Shown here piece after piece: positions 33,834 through 47,209 of a stretch of DNA of 64,000 nucleotides. Below the pieces are notes generated by a model. The model did not search any database. It was not told the origin of the DNA and saw only the letters and a program-made list of their open reading frames with translations. Within the stretch, counting starts at the first letter, position 1, and each line of letters opens with the position of its first letter. Origin of the DNA: Podarcis filfolensis (lineage: Eukaryota). The DNA is taken from NCBI GenBank assembly GCA_964270895.1, contig OZ185447.1, one strand, 5' to 3'. Both the position numbers and the translations under genes were made by a program.

Positions 33834-36185
33834 GGTGTCTTATCTGAATATTACAGTTAGGAGAGTGCTATTTTAGAAAATTCAGTACTATTCAGCATTA
33901 TCAGTGAAAGCTTTCCAGGCATAATGCAACTATATAGACTGTATCACCTTCATGGCTTTCCGTATGCAACAAATTCCACTGTGTGGTTGTACCTGAAAAG
34001 CAAATTGTTACACTCACTGTCCATGAGCAAATATCACACGTATGAAGGTTAACAGGATTTGCTACCCCCTCCCCTTATATACTTAGGTCAGTTTGATCTT
34101 TTTAGGACCCAAACTCCTGCCCTCAGTTTCATATACCAACCATCATCAGTTCTTCTTTACATTTGTTAAGCTCAGTCTTAATGACCTTGCAGCTGAGCTT
34201 TCCATGCAACTTCTGGTTGCTGCCAAAACTGTGTTAACCACATATTGGAAAGCTCCTACATTACCACCCGTTGGAGGATGGCTTTTTAAATAATTAAATA
34301 AATAAATGCATAAATGTTGGGATAGATAAGCTGATGTTGTAGATAAAATTGCATTATTACCTGAGGAAAAAATAAACCAGTTCCTCCAGTTTCAGGATGT
34401 GTGTTTTCGTATGGGAGAATCAAACCATTTTATAACACACTAGAATTTACACTAAAAATTTGTCCCATTACATATAATTTGTTTGTGTAAATATGATAAT
34501 AGAGTAGGAAAATATTGACCAGTCCAGCCCATAGCATGGCTTCCTGGCAGGAAGTGTGCATTCTGTGATATGCAGACCACAGGCACCGTCTCAAGTGAAG
34601 ATCTCGGGAGTTTCAAAAGAATTTATATTTTGATGCCTCTGACCACATCATGGACACTTCCACAAAGAAAAAATAGCAAGAGGTTTAATGAGAGGGCACA
34701 CTATTTGTGTGCTCTTAGAAATAACATGTAACAACTATCCCTATCATTCCTCCCTATGCAACATACTTCTTTCATTTTCTATTAATACGAAGCACAAACA
34801 CTCAGTTCTTGTTCTTGCATACTCCAAAGAGCAAATGGTTCCCTTAGATTCAGAGGATGTCAAACATACCCAACTTACACAAAAACGCTCTCTGGCCACC
34901 AAAGAAGTACTATTTCTTATTTTAAAGCAGCACACTGTGATGTAGCAAAGAAGCATGTTTTTATTTATATTCTTGTTTAAGGGAAGCTCATGGGAATACC
35001 CCACTAATGAATCCATGGAGGTTTAGAACTATGGCAAAATATGTTGTAAGTCTGTGGATGAAAGCAAACTACACAAGCTTTGAGAAATGACAGCAAATCC
35101 TAACTACTTTCAAAAGTGTTGCCACCACTTTTAACCATTTGAAACAGAAGTCAGGTTGCCTTTCATTGCAGGCCAAGCTGATATTGTAATGCACATTCTA
35201 CTGTACTAATACATTCCCGAAAATCAGGGATATTCATTCCACCCTTTTCCAGTTAACAGCCTAGAAATACTGTACATGTAGCTACTTGATAAGCTGGTCA
35301 TATCTATGTTTTGCAAGGTGAGAAAGAGAAATTTACTATACTTATTAATATACTATACTATATTGATGCAGCTGGGAATGGCAAAATGATTATCATCTCT
35401 TGGCAGGACGAAGTGGTTGTCTCATTTACCAATGTACCAATCAGGTTTCTTCCTCCAAGTCATGGACAGAGGAGCAGGGATATATGTGCTTCCTGTGTCC
35501 CACACCCCTGTGCCATAAACCCGGAATGATCAGGGTTCCTGTTCAGACATGACATGTTTTGCCACTAAAGGAGCAATCATATGGCATGTTCCACCAAGAT
35601 GAGCAGCTTAGGATGCAGTGGATCTCTGACTTAGCTGGGCTAAGTAGGCACTTCATCTCCAACCTTGGCTCAGCTGATGCTATGCCAGTGTAACTGGCTT
35701 TCTGCAACTCAGCCAGGGCTCTGCTGAAGCTGTCTGAGTCAAGGCTAGTGCAAGTCTAAAAAAGTGGCATTAGGAGGCGTGTGGAAGAGGCAGGACAAGA
35801 AAGGGTGGGTGGACTTAGGCTGGATTCTAAACCCATTCAGCTCAATTATATGACTTGGAAACCTGGCATAAAGCACAATTTTAAAGGCTTGTTTTCCCTC
35901 TGCCAGGCTTACGCAGAGCAGCAACCACCCTGCTGAATTTGGTGTAACTTTAAACCAGCTTAACTTTTATACTGGCTTGCTTCACTCCACCTTCTTGTGC
36001 ATAGGATTGCCCCTGTGGTTGAGGGTAGAGTTAGAGTGTTAGTGGAGTGAAGCTAGCTGTCTCTGTGTGTAAAGATTGTGTGGAGACAAATGTCTGAGCA
36101 GGATTTAAATGGCCATATGCATGTTGCAATAAATTACCACTTGGAAAGTGGTTGCCTGTTCAAACTTATAATATTTGCCTGTTCA

Positions 36186-36370
36186 AATAATAATAATAAT
36201 AATAATAATAATTATTATTATTATTATTATTACTTATACCCCACCCATCTGGCCAGGTCTCCCCAGCCACTCTTGGCAGCTCCCAATAGAATATTAAAAA
36301 CATGATAAAACATCAAACATTGAAAACTTCCCTAAACAGGGCTACCTTCAGATGTCTTCTAAAAGTCATG
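36186..36370 (-). mobile_element. LINE 3' tail (L2/CR1-type) ending in (AAT)n
   Basis: (AAT)n(TAT)n followed by CCCCACCCATCTGGC...CAGCCACTCT...ACTTCCCTAAACAG; same tail family as 61628-61765. Confidence 0.5.
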
Positions 36371-36859
36371 GTGAATAGCTTTACAGTGAAGGATTTACAT
36401 TCATCTTTATCTTTTCTTTTGCTCAATAACCTTGGCTGAGAGTCTCTACACCAATAATTTATTGAGTTTTTAAAAGCAATGCAGTTCATGTATATAATGA
36501 ATGCTGATATCTTAATCTTCATTGCTTAGAAATCCAGACAGATTCATTTCTTGGTAAATGTACATATCACAAAGCATTAAAAGATGAGCATGTATTAAAA
36601 GATACACATGCAGCTTACTTCTGAGTATACATACATGGAAGTGCTCTGCAAGTTTAGTTAGTAGTTCTGATATTGTAAATTGCTCTGAGTTGATTTTGCA
36701 AAAAAGTGACCATAAGCTTAAATGATGATGATTGCTACTAAATGTGGCCATACAGTATCTAAGTAGGCATTATAAGTGGTGCATTATACAATTTATACAT
36801 TGTTCACTGTATGTTCCTCTGTTAAAGCTCAGCTCAGTTTTTTCCAGAAGAGTAACTTA

Positions 36860-37801
36860 TCAATTCAGTCCTTCCTGTTTTCTACAGAGAACTTTTTTAA
36901 GGGCCTCTTTCACCTCCTTGTTCCTGAGGCTATATATGATGGGATTCAAGAGTGGAGTGACCAGGCAGTAGAAGACAGCTACCAACTGGTCCATATTGAA
37001 GGAGAGGTTTCGGGTGGGCCTGACATAAATGAACATCATTGTTCCATAATAGATACCAACCACTGTCAAATGGGAAGCAAAGGTGGAGAAGGCCTTTTTC
37101 CGTCCATCGGAAGAACGAATGCCCAGAACAGTGATCAAGATGGCGGCATAAGAAGCCACAGTTATTGTGAATGACCCAACAAGGAGAAAGGAGCAGATGA
37201 AGAAACTCAGCATCTCGTTGAGCTGGGTCCTGTTGCAAACCAGCCTCAGCAATGGCAAAATGTCACAGAAGAAATGGTCCACTATATTGCTCCCACAATA
37301 GTTGAGCTGAGATATGAGAATTGTTGGGATCAATGGCAGAACCAAGCCTGTGACCCAAGACCAAGTAGCAAGCTGATGATAGACAACACTATTCATAATG
37401 GTGTTGTATCTTAAAGGAGAACGTACAGCCACATATCTATCATATGCCATGGCAGCCAAAAGGAGGCACTCAATGCCACCAAGAGCATGGAAAAAATATA
37501 TTTGGGTAAGGCAGTTCTTGAAGGATACAACATTCTTTTTTCTAATGAGATCAACCAATATTGTTGGGGCTGTGACTGAGGTAAAACAGATCTCCAGCAA
37601 GGAAAAATTGCCCAGGAAGAAGTACATGGGGGTGTTAAGAGAATTTTCATACCTGGTGATGAATACTATAACCATGTTTCCTATCACTGTTAGTGTGTAC
37701 ATAATTAGTACTAGTGTAAATATTGGAAATCTGCTTTTTTCCAGGTTGGGAAATCCTGTGATAAGAAATTCACTCACTGTTGTATGGTTTGAGAGATTCA
37801 T
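36860..37801 (-). CDS. Olfactory receptor, class II (family 6/11-like), 313 aa; two conserved Cys lost
   Basis: PMYFFL, MAYDRYVAVRSPLRY, HFFCD, KAFSTFASHL, PLLNPIIYSLRN. Confidence 0.88.
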   Translation of the reverse strand: MNLSNHTTVSEFLITGFPNLEKSRFPIFTLVLIMYTLTVIGNMVIVFITRYENSLNTPMYFFLGNFSLLEICFTSVTAPTILVDLIRKKNVVSFKNCLTQIYFFHALGGIECLLLAAMAYDRYVAVRSPLRYNTIMNSVVYHQLATWSWVTGLVLPLIPTILISQLNYCGSNIVDHFFCDILPLLRLVCNRTQLNEMLSFFICSFLLVGSFTITVASYAAILITVLGIRSSDGRKKAFSTFASHLTVVGIYYGTMMFIYVRPTRNLSFNMDQLVAVFYCLVTPLLNPIIYSLRNKEVKEALKKVLCRKQEGLN

Positions 37802-39872
37802 ATTATGATTGGTTGTTCTTTTGTGGAAACCAAAAAAGAACAGTTGTTTGCCCTAAAGTGAAAGCATTCTGTGTACTTCTTATGATATATCAGTTGAAGA
37901 GGCTTAACCTAGAAAAGGCTTCAGATGAATTTTTTCAAGGACAGGACGTCAGTCAAAGCGAAGAAATCTATGACTGAAAGAAAGAAAAGAATTCTATGAT
38001 CACTAACCTTCACAGCAGTCAAAGTAAATAACATTGCCAGTGTGCTTAAGAAATGTTGTAGTCTTGAGTGGTGGAAGGGGGGAAAGGAGTTTCTTTGCAT
38101 TTATATCTATTGATAATATAAGGTCATTATTTGGAGAGTGGACTTGGGGACTTGGAAATGCCACTAAACTTACAGCGTGCATTACACTGCTCATGTAGAG
38201 TAATGCATGCTATCACTGTACCTCTTCTATTGATTCCAGTGGAACTTGTTAATTGCACACAATTGCTGCCTAGTGCTGTTACTCTATGAATGCTTGGTTA
38301 AGAGGAAATCATACTAAATTGAGCACCACACTCCAGATGAGCCATCCAGACCATGAGGATTTGTCATATGTGGGATATGAACCTATGCTTCCAATCAGAG
38401 ACCAGAAAAGATAAAAGATAAAACAGTAAAATCAAGGGGGGAAAACACAGCCACACTTAAAAACATACAAATGTTAAAATACTAAAACAGATTAAAATTA
38501 CCTCAGCTTTCTAAATACCTGGGCAGGCTCGTCTAAAGAATAATGGTTTTTGCAAGTGCTAAAAAATGTGTGTGTTTGCATTTAAAGTGTGAGCCAATAT
38601 TTAGACAGCTCACCTATAAATTTAAGCCAACCTGACCTGATTTCTGCCTGAAGAATAATCCAGTGGTTTCACACATACCCCACACTTCTCAGCTGAATGT
38701 TTCTCCCAGTATTAAGAATAACAAATACAATCCTTCTGGAGTTCTACATTCCTCTCAACTCTCAACATTCCTCCTCATAACAGTTTATGTGCTATTACAT
38801 ATATAATCTCCAATTTTTCTTTGAAAAATTTACTAAGTTTAAGAAAGAACAAAAAAGCATTTCTTTATCACATATCCTGGCAATGTGACATTTTTGTCAG
38901 TAGAATTAAAATCAATAAATTATATACACATTGAACTACTTCATTAAAGAAAAACCCTGAAAAGAAAAGTACATATTTTAAAACGTTTTGTTCATTTTCA
39001 TTCTGCAATGTGGCTATACTCACAAATGATGCAGATCATGCATTTGAAAATAGTTGGTCCCATCATGACTGCCATGAGGACTGGCCAGGTGTTGGGACAA
39101 GATGATGTGAAAAGAAGACCTAAAGATAAATTACATTATCTTTTCATGGGGAGATTTGCATGTGTACTTTATACATTGAACCTATTTCATCAGCATACCT
39201 GTATTCAAACTCATGGGGACCTGATCTCCAAGGGATCAAACCCTAGAGCTTAAAGTTAGACAGCCTTATCAGTGAGACTCTGCAAACTGTGCTGATGAAA
39301 GTGGTGGAAAATATTTCACCATCTTTAATTGATCTGAGAAACCCCCCAGCAGCTAAATGAGAATGTTGGAGTGCGAGTAATGAGAAGAGGACAGACCACT
39401 ATTTAATAGGAGTTGATTCAAGCTACGTGTTAGGATGTGTTCCTTAATGTTAGGAAGTGCTATAGCCTATTAACAATGCACTGCAGAACATCATGAACTG
39501 CCACAATCATGTGTATGATATAAAATACAAGAAAAGTGAAACTCATTTGTATGCATATACACTCATTTTTAACCCCCCCTTCTAAATGCCGTGGGAAAGG
39601 TTATGCAAATAAGGTGCATGTACATACAAAGGTGGACAAACTTCAGAATATTTCTCTCTTCCCCAGAGTTTAGCCTACTAATGAACTAATCCCAGAGTAG
39701 AGCCTCTGTGGAACGCAAATTCCACAGAGAATTGAGATACATAATGAAACCTGTTATATTTACCATAGCCCTTTTTGCCTCATAGAATGAGATTCGGTAA
39801 TTCTTTGCAACAATCCTCTGAAAAATCATCTTCAATTATCCATATTCATTAAGCAAGAACTATCCTTAGACT

Positions 39873-40244
39873 GGTGGGACACAGGTGACGCTGTGGGTAA
39901 AACCTCAGCGCCTAGGACTTGCCGATCGTATGGTCGGCGGTTCGAATCCCCACGGTGGGGTGAGCTCCCGTCGTTCGGTCCCAGCTCCTGCCCACCTAGC
40001 AGTTCGAAAGCACTCTTAAGGGCAAGTAGATAAATAGGTACCGCTTTATAGTGGGAAGGTAAACGGCGTTTCCGTGTGCTGCGCTGGTGCCGGCTCGCCA
40101 GAGCAGCTTCATCACGCTGGCCACATGACCCGGAAGTGTCTCCGGACAGCGCTAGACCCCAGCCTCTTAAGTGAGATGGGCGCACAACCCTAGAGTCGGA
40201 CACGACTGGCCCATATGGGCAGGGGTACCTTTACCTTTACATTT
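39873..40244 (+). mobile_element. Full-length Sauria SINE with 7-bp TSD
   Basis: tRNA-like head (GGTTCGAATCCC), body and ACCTTTACCTTT tail; TTAGACT at 39866-39872 and 40245-40251. Confidence 0.92.
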
Positions 40245-40317
40245 TTAGACTACAGAGATATCTGATTGCCTTCCAGAAATGATCAACACTTTGTTGCCTC
40301 TTTAACAATACTTTCCA

Positions 40318-40386
40318 TTCGAACCGCCGACCTTCTGATCAGCAAGTCCTAGGCTCTGTGGTTTAACCCACAGCGCTACCCGCATC
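40318..40386 (-). mobile_element. Sauria SINE 5' fragment
   Basis: Reverse complement of the SINE head (GCGCTGTGGGTTAAACCACAGAGCCTAGG...GGCGGTTCGAA). Confidence 0.8.
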
Positions 40387-41686
40387 TTCCTTTAAATGCT
40401 TTGATTCAATTCATTGAAGTCCTTGTGTCAAAGATGGATGGTCAACTATGTAGTTGATGTAACACATGAAAAAGTGCCATAGTACTGATTAATGTTTTCA
40501 TGCAGATCTATTTCTGTGATTTCTCACCACCAGCTCTTTTTATCTACTTACATAGGTGTAAACCCAACTGAACTTAATGTGACTTACTTCTGAGCATGCA
40601 TGTATAGGATCACACCATAAGACAGAAAATATTGCACATGTGGAGTCTGTCTGCAGGGAGGTGGACAAATTGCAGTGCCTACTAATTAACTAGTCCCAGA
40701 GTAGGTCCTCTGTGTAATAAAACTTCCAGAGAGAATTGAGGTGCATGATGAAAAATGTTATATTTACTATGTCCTTTTTTCATTTAGTGGAGATAGTTCT
40801 TCATGACTTTCTCTTAAACATCATCTCCAATTATCTATATTCATAAAGGAAGAACTGCTCTGAGTCTCCTGAGCTATCTGACTGCCTTCCAGATATGATC
40901 AGCATAGTCTCATCTCCTTAGCAGCACCTTCCACTTCAGCTCTTAAGAAAGGAAACAGTGAGGTTTCAGTCTTCTTCAAATTTAAAAAAGGTAAGTTGCA
41001 AATTAATAAAGTAGCTCCTAAAATGCTGCTACTGTAGTTGTGTCCCTGAATCATTGGCCATGACGTCTAAGTGGAATTTGTAACTTCCAAAGGGAACTTG
41101 AACAGTAGAGCTAAATTGAAAAAAATCAGAAATGGTCATTTAATGAGCATGGGTAATTAATCCATGGGAATATCCTAACACCTATTGAAATAAACGGAAA
41201 ACCCTGAACATAATAAGCATTGAACCAAATGGAAAGTATACATTAGGATACTGTAATAAACAAATCTGTGAGACATAAAACCTTGTGCTCAAATCCTGTC
41301 TCAATCTTGAACATACTGCAAAGTTTTTGGGAAGCAGTTACCATTCAGGTTCACCTCCCATCTGAAATTTCAGAGTACTTACAACATCGTGAATTCCACC
41401 TTGAAGAAGCAGGCAACAAAACTTTGTAAACAGTAAAGCATCAGCAATTATATATATATTTCCACATTTTTAACTATACCCAGTGACTGTTAGCATCACT
41501 TTCTCTGTCTCCCTTTTTCTCTTCTCTTCAGATAACATCATAGAAACGTGCTTAGATGCACATCAGGTGTGTTTAGCATCAAAAATTCTCTAACTTTTTT
41601 CACAATGATCATTATTCTATGTCAGATGATTATTTGATATATGTATCTTTTTGTTTCCTGCTTCATAGATCCACAAGTACATCAGC

Positions 41687-42664
41687 ATGTTGATTGGCAA
41701 TCAAACTGCAGTAACCCATTTTATCATCTTGGGCTTCCCAAGTCTGAAGAATCTTCAGCTTCTCCTCTTCTTTGTGGGGTTGGTTGTCTACATCTTGACC
41801 TTGTGTGGACACCTCATCATTATCACCATAGTACGTATTGACCAACATCTCCAAACACCCATGTACTTTTTCCTCAGCAATTTCTCCTTCCTGGAGATAT
41901 GGTACACCTCCAACATTGTTCCAAAGATGCTAGAAGTATTCCTAGATAAGAACAAATCCATTACATATTCAGGCTGCATTACTCAACTCTACTTTCTTAT
42001 TACACTTGGTACTGCAGAATGTTTCATTCTGGCTATCATGGCATTTGATCGCTATTTAGCCATATGCAATCCTCTTCGATATCCTACACTCATGAATGAC
42101 AAAGTTTGCCTTAAGCTAGCTGTAAGCTCTTGGATTGGTGCCTTCATAGTTAACATCCCTCCATTAGTTGCGCTTTGCAGGCTGCCATTTTGTGGCCCAA
42201 ATGAGATCAATCACTTCTTTTGTGATGCACCACCTTTACTGAAACTCTCTTGCACAAGCCCACATGAAGCAGAACTGTCCAATTTCATAGTGGCCACAAG
42301 CGTCATTGTTAGCTCCTTCCTCCTCATTCTGATATCGTACATCCTCATCCTCATCGCTGTTCTGAAAATCCCTTCATCGACAGGCCGCCAAAAAGCCTTC
42401 TCAACTTGCGGTTCCCATTTACTTGTAGTGACCATTTTCTATGGCACTCTAATGTTCATGTATGTCCGCCCAACATCAAATTTCTCTATTGATTCAGTGA
42501 ATTTCAACAAAATTGTGTCCATGTTCTATACTGTGGTTACTCCCATGCTTAACCCAATTATATACTGCCTGAGAAACAAAGAGGTCAAAGATGCTCTCCG
42601 GAAAGCAATCAGTGGGAAGCGTGTGCTCCAAACAAGTAGGATTTTTAGTGGCATAGTTAAGTAG
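41687..42664 (+). CDS. Olfactory receptor, class II (family 6/11-like), 325 aa
   Basis: PMYFFL, MAFDRYLAICNPLRY, HFFCD, KAFSTCGSHL, PMLNPIIYCLRN; acceptor-like TTCATAG at 41662-41668. Confidence 0.96.
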   Translation: MLIGNQTAVTHFIILGFPSLKNLQLLLFFVGLVVYILTLCGHLIIITIVRIDQHLQTPMYFFLSNFSFLEIWYTSNIVPKMLEVFLDKNKSITYSGCITQLYFLITLGTAECFILAIMAFDRYLAICNPLRYPTLMNDKVCLKLAVSSWIGAFIVNIPPLVALCRLPFCGPNEINHFFCDAPPLLKLSCTSPHEAELSNFIVATSVIVSSFLLILISYILILIAVLKIPSSTGRQKAFSTCGSHLLVVTIFYGTLMFMYVRPTSNFSIDSVNFNKIVSMFYTVVTPMLNPIIYCLRNKEVKDALRKAISGKRVLQTSRIFSGIVK

Positions 42665-45600
42665 ATGATAATAGTATACATACCTCAATTGAGTGAGCAC
42701 AATTAATTACCTTGTATAACTGTATCCTTACAAATTCAGTAGTTATTTCCCTCTCATGTTTAAGAACATCTATGATATTGCATCCAAATTTTATCCACGT
42801 CTTCTGAAAAACTTTTTTTAAAGACTGAACTTTCTGTACACATCACATTCCATAGGAGTTGCATTGAAAATGCACTAAATGTATTTTACAACATTGTGTG
42901 TTTTTGTGTTGTTGTTTTTACTGATCCTCCACCACTGCAACTCAGGCAGAAATTGCATCCAAATGGCACCCTTTTGTCATTTAAAGCAAACAAGTAGACA
43001 GGGCATCACCTCCAGTGATTCCTCCTTTTGGAAGTATTAGAAACATTGGCATCCAAGCACTGGCTAAGGCTGGTGATAACTAAGCACTTTTGGAGTGACA
43101 GGTAAGTTCAGGGAAGGAAGAAGGCTGGCAACAAGCACATCAGTAGCAACATGTGCTCCTTTGTTTTGCTACTGAGCAAAGACAGTTGGCTGGTTGTGGC
43201 CAAAAATGTCTGATTGCAGGCAGGGAGGCAGGGTTCCTCAGCAAGACAGTGTTTAAAGCAGTGCAGATAGCTAAACATTTCATCTATATGCAACTCTCAC
43301 ACATGGCAATGAGACGAGGAGTGAGTGTGAGAATACATGGAGGAACTGGGATGCTATAAGTAGAGTGAAGGTCAATGGAACAAATGTGGAGTATGAAGAA
43401 GTGGGTTGTGATGGACAAGGGCATGCAGTGTAAGGAAAGTCTTGATGGGCCAGGTTTCTTTAAAGTTTACAAGGGCAGTTTGCAAAGGGATGTTATGCCC
43501 CTGCCTGGTGGTTTTGTGGGTAATTTGCTGTATTCTTTGTTATAGACATAGAGAAAGAGGTAAGACTAGTACTGCTGTATGTAGCCACATGCTGGGAACA
43601 TTTGAATGGGTTTAAAACAATGTAAATATACAAAATAGTGCTTAATGCATAGTATTGTGGACAAAGACCCAAATCTCCAAGCCGTATGAGATTCTAGGGG
43701 TTCCAGGCACTCACCCAGGGTCCTTATTTCCTTTGGAATGGAGACAGTGGAGACTGCGGTGGTTTATTTACACCTATATACAACCTGAGCCTATGATGGG
43801 GGGGGGGGCTCACAGCATTAACATCCCATGAGGTTCTTGATTCTCCCATAGCCACAGCCTTGGATTCCAACAGAAATCAGGTATAGCTTTGCCTCCCAGC
43901 TAACCAGCCTGCCAGTGTCCACTTTCTAGCTCACAAAACTCCACTCTAGGGGCTCAAGACTACAGCCTGCCCCACCCCCGCCCCCCATAAAAAATTCATA
44001 ACAGTGTATAAAATGATTTCTGTTTTTAAGAATACTCCCTGCCTCAGAGCACCAGTCTTTTAGGCAAAAGGTATGATTTTGCATCCTTCTCATTACAGAT
44101 TTCAGAACTTTTTTCTCTTGCTGTTGTTGACTGTATGTACACTTTGGAAGAAGAAGAAAATGGAGCATGGTTTTTGTGTTTGTGATACAAATGCATTTTG
44201 TTTTTTAAAAAATCTGGGTTTTTTTAAGCAAACATTGGAAATGCATATATTTAGATACAACCAGTTTATATGGACCAAACACTGAAGACCATTAAAACCA
44301 ATATGGTCCTACATTTATATGCTGTAGTAGTTTTCTCACAAGACTTTCTATGGGCAAGCAATATGGTATTAACTTATTGAATTTTTTTTTTGGAAAATTA
44401 ACACTTTAGCATTTATCAAAGACAAAAACATAAATTTTGTTCAATGTCTAAATCCTCACCTGAGAGGCAGACATATTGCTTGCAGTCTGTAAAAACACTA
44501 ATCTTTGGCTGTGACATTCTAAAAACCCATTCAAGTAAACTCAATGCTTTTATTTGTGAAATCAGTGAAGGACTCTTAAGACAGTGATGCGGCCCTCCTA
44601 ATTTCTTAGCAGACATCACTGGGAGTGAAAGAACCTAACATAGATCCTACTGCTCAGTATGTTGTTATTGATTTACTTGGCCTGATTTGAAGCTTTAGAT
44701 TTATAACTGGAAAATACACAACTGGCTGAACTCATCTCTTTATTCCCCTTGGGAAATGTGACCCCCTGAAATGTTTCTTCAACATGTTTGTTTCCACACC
44801 ATGTTCCTTTGATCCTTTATTGTCTTAATGACCCATTAGCCCAGGCTATCACCTCATGGGAAATTTAGATTTTAACACATGCTGATTCCAGAGGACAGAA
44901 GTATCTAGTACAGAACTTAATACGCGTGTATCTGACACTTAGTTCTAATGCATGAAGCCTTAATTAAATTCTAGCACTAGCTTGATCCAGAGATTATATT
45001 GGTCTTGCACCCACAAACTCGTAACAATACACAGTGCAAGAGAAGAAGCATCATGAAATTAGATGAAAGATACCATGGTGGAGGATTAGCAAGCTGAGTA
45101 GAAAACAGACTGAAGAGGATGTGTTGCTGAAGAAAAAAGAGTCAATTGATGGAAGCAACATTGTCAGAGAAAAGAGGCTTAGAGAAACAGGCATTGATGA
45201 GTCTGTGTTGAGGAAAGGCATAGAATGAAGGTAGCCAAGTTGTGGACTTTGGTATGTTGTTGAACTGCAACTCTCATCAGCCCAGACCATGTTATCTAGG
45301 GGTTATAAGCATAGGAGTTCAAGAAAATCTGCAGGACTCCATGTTGGCATACATAATAAAGAACAACGGCTGCTTATTAGAAGAGCTGGCATGGGAATGA
45401 GGTGGGGAGTAAATCTGAATATGACATATTGATGAATATTGAACTAATCTCTGAATTTTGCGGTTTACAACTGTAATGACATAAAACATCCTTTCACTAT
45501 AATGTTTAATTATCTTACCCAAATACAATGAAATATATCAAGCTAGTGTCATGTTCATACTAATAAACTATAGCTGCAGTCCTATACTTACTTGTCTGAG

Positions 45601-45670
45601 AGTAAGCCGCCATTTAACTAATGGGACTTGCTTCTGAAACAAACTGAATAGTATTGTAGTGTTAAAACGT

Positions 45671-46591
45671 TTACTTTTTCCCAAATATTCTCCCAAGAGC
45701 TCTCTTCACTTCCTTATTTTTCAAGCTATAGATAATTGGGTTCAACATGGGGGTCAAAATGCTATACTGAATAGAGAACAGCTCATCAATTGTCATGGAA
45801 GACATGCTGCTGGGTTTCATGTACTGGGACATTCCTGTCATATACAATAAGCCAACCACAATGAAGTGGGAACTGCAGGTAGAGAAGGCTTTGCTCCTTC
45901 CCTCTGGGGAGTGGATATTCAGGATGGTGGAGATGATTTGGAAATAGGAGACAAAGGTTGGCAGGAAGGAACCAAGTCCAAAAATCACAACAGAAGATAG
46001 AAGAATCATATTATTGAGGAAGGTATCAGAACAGGAGATTTTCAAAAGAGGTGGCAGCTCACAGCTGAAGTGGCTGATTTTGTGAATGCCACAGAACTGC
46101 AAACTTAATGTGGGCACTGTGTTTATTATTGCAAAAAGGAAGCCCATTATCCATGCCCCCATCACCAGGTAAGCACATAATGTTTTGTTCATGATCGCTA
46201 TATAGTGAAGTGGGTGACACACAGCAGTGTATCTATCATAAGCCATTGCTGAAAGAATAAAAACCTCTGTAACACTCAACAGGAGGCTGAAAAACATTTG
46301 TGTAAGACAACCAGTGAAGGAAATTGTCTTTTTCTTCATTAGCAAGTTCATTAACATCTTAGGGACAATGTCAGTTGAATAACAGATATCAACGAAGGAC
46401 AAGTGAGACAGAAAATAATACATGGGTGTATAAAGGGAAGGTTCCTTCCTTATCACCAGAATGATGGTGACATTTCCTGACAGTGTTAATAGGTAAATGG
46501 TTGAAAACACCAAGAAGAAGAAGATATTCAGTTGGGGATTACTGGAAAGTCCCAAGAAAATAAACTCTGAACTTTCAGTTTGGTTTTCCAT
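45671..46591 (-). CDS. Olfactory receptor, class II, 306 aa
   Basis: PMYYFL, MAYDRYTAVCHPLHY, HFSCE, KAFSTCSSH, PMLNPIIYSLKN. Confidence 0.95.
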   Translation of the reverse strand: MENQTESSEFIFLGLSSNPQLNIFFFLVFSTIYLLTLSGNVTIILVIRKEPSLYTPMYYFLSHLSFVDICYSTDIVPKMLMNLLMKKKTISFTGCLTQMFFSLLLSVTEVFILSAMAYDRYTAVCHPLHYIAIMNKTLCAYLVMGAWIMGFLFAIINTVPTLSLQFCGIHKISHFSCELPPLLKISCSDTFLNNMILLSSVVIFGLGSFLPTFVSYFQIISTILNIHSPEGRSKAFSTCSSHFIVVGLLYMTGMSQYMKPSSMSSMTIDELFSIQYSILTPMLNPIIYSLKNKEVKRALGRIFGKK

Positions 46592-47074
46592 TTTTGTTTA
46601 GGAACCTATAAAACAAACAAAAAAAATTGAAAGGAACAATTCAGCCCATTGTTAGCCTCCTTGATCATGCAACTCTGTAAAAGTCTACTCAAAATTAATT
46701 TCAGTTCAGTTCACTGTGGCTGGTAAGTGTGTATGAAGTTGCAATCTTAATATATAAATTCTCTCATTGTACCCGATGTTCAGCAATCATACTTGAGATG
46801 TTTCACCCTGAGAGATATTGATGCGAGGATCAATATTAGCATGGACCGAAAGCATGATGAAATATTGAATTCATGTGTAAATTAAAGGGTCAGTGTGACT
46901 TAATAATATAAGATACAAACTGATGAAATATATCAGTCTATATTTTAGAACACATACTCACACATTTTGCACTATTTCTTTTGAAACACGGTCAAAAGTT
47001 TAGTTATTATTCTTTTTTAAAAAACAAACATTTACTTAAATTTGAAACAAATCTATAGCTATAATCATCTATAT

Positions 47075-47209
47075 CAGGCTTCCTCAGCCTCGGCTCTCCA
47101 GATGTTTTGAGACTACAGTGCCCATCATCCCTGACCACTGGTCCTGCTAGCTAGGGATCATGGGAGTTGTAGGCCAAAACATCTGGAAGGCTGAGGTTGA
47201 GGATGTCTG
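47075..47209. mobile_element. hAT-type MITE (135 bp, palindromic)
   Basis: CAG...CTG ends, long imperfect TIRs, perfect 8-bp TSD ATCTATAT (47067-47074, 47210-47217). Confidence 0.85.

Noticed and set aside
37398-37808. 136-aa + strand ORF
   Set aside because: Antisense to an OR; no independent coding signal.
43690-44000. GC-richer patch, possible LTR or other repeat fragment
   Set aside because: No termini, TSD or second copy found in the window.
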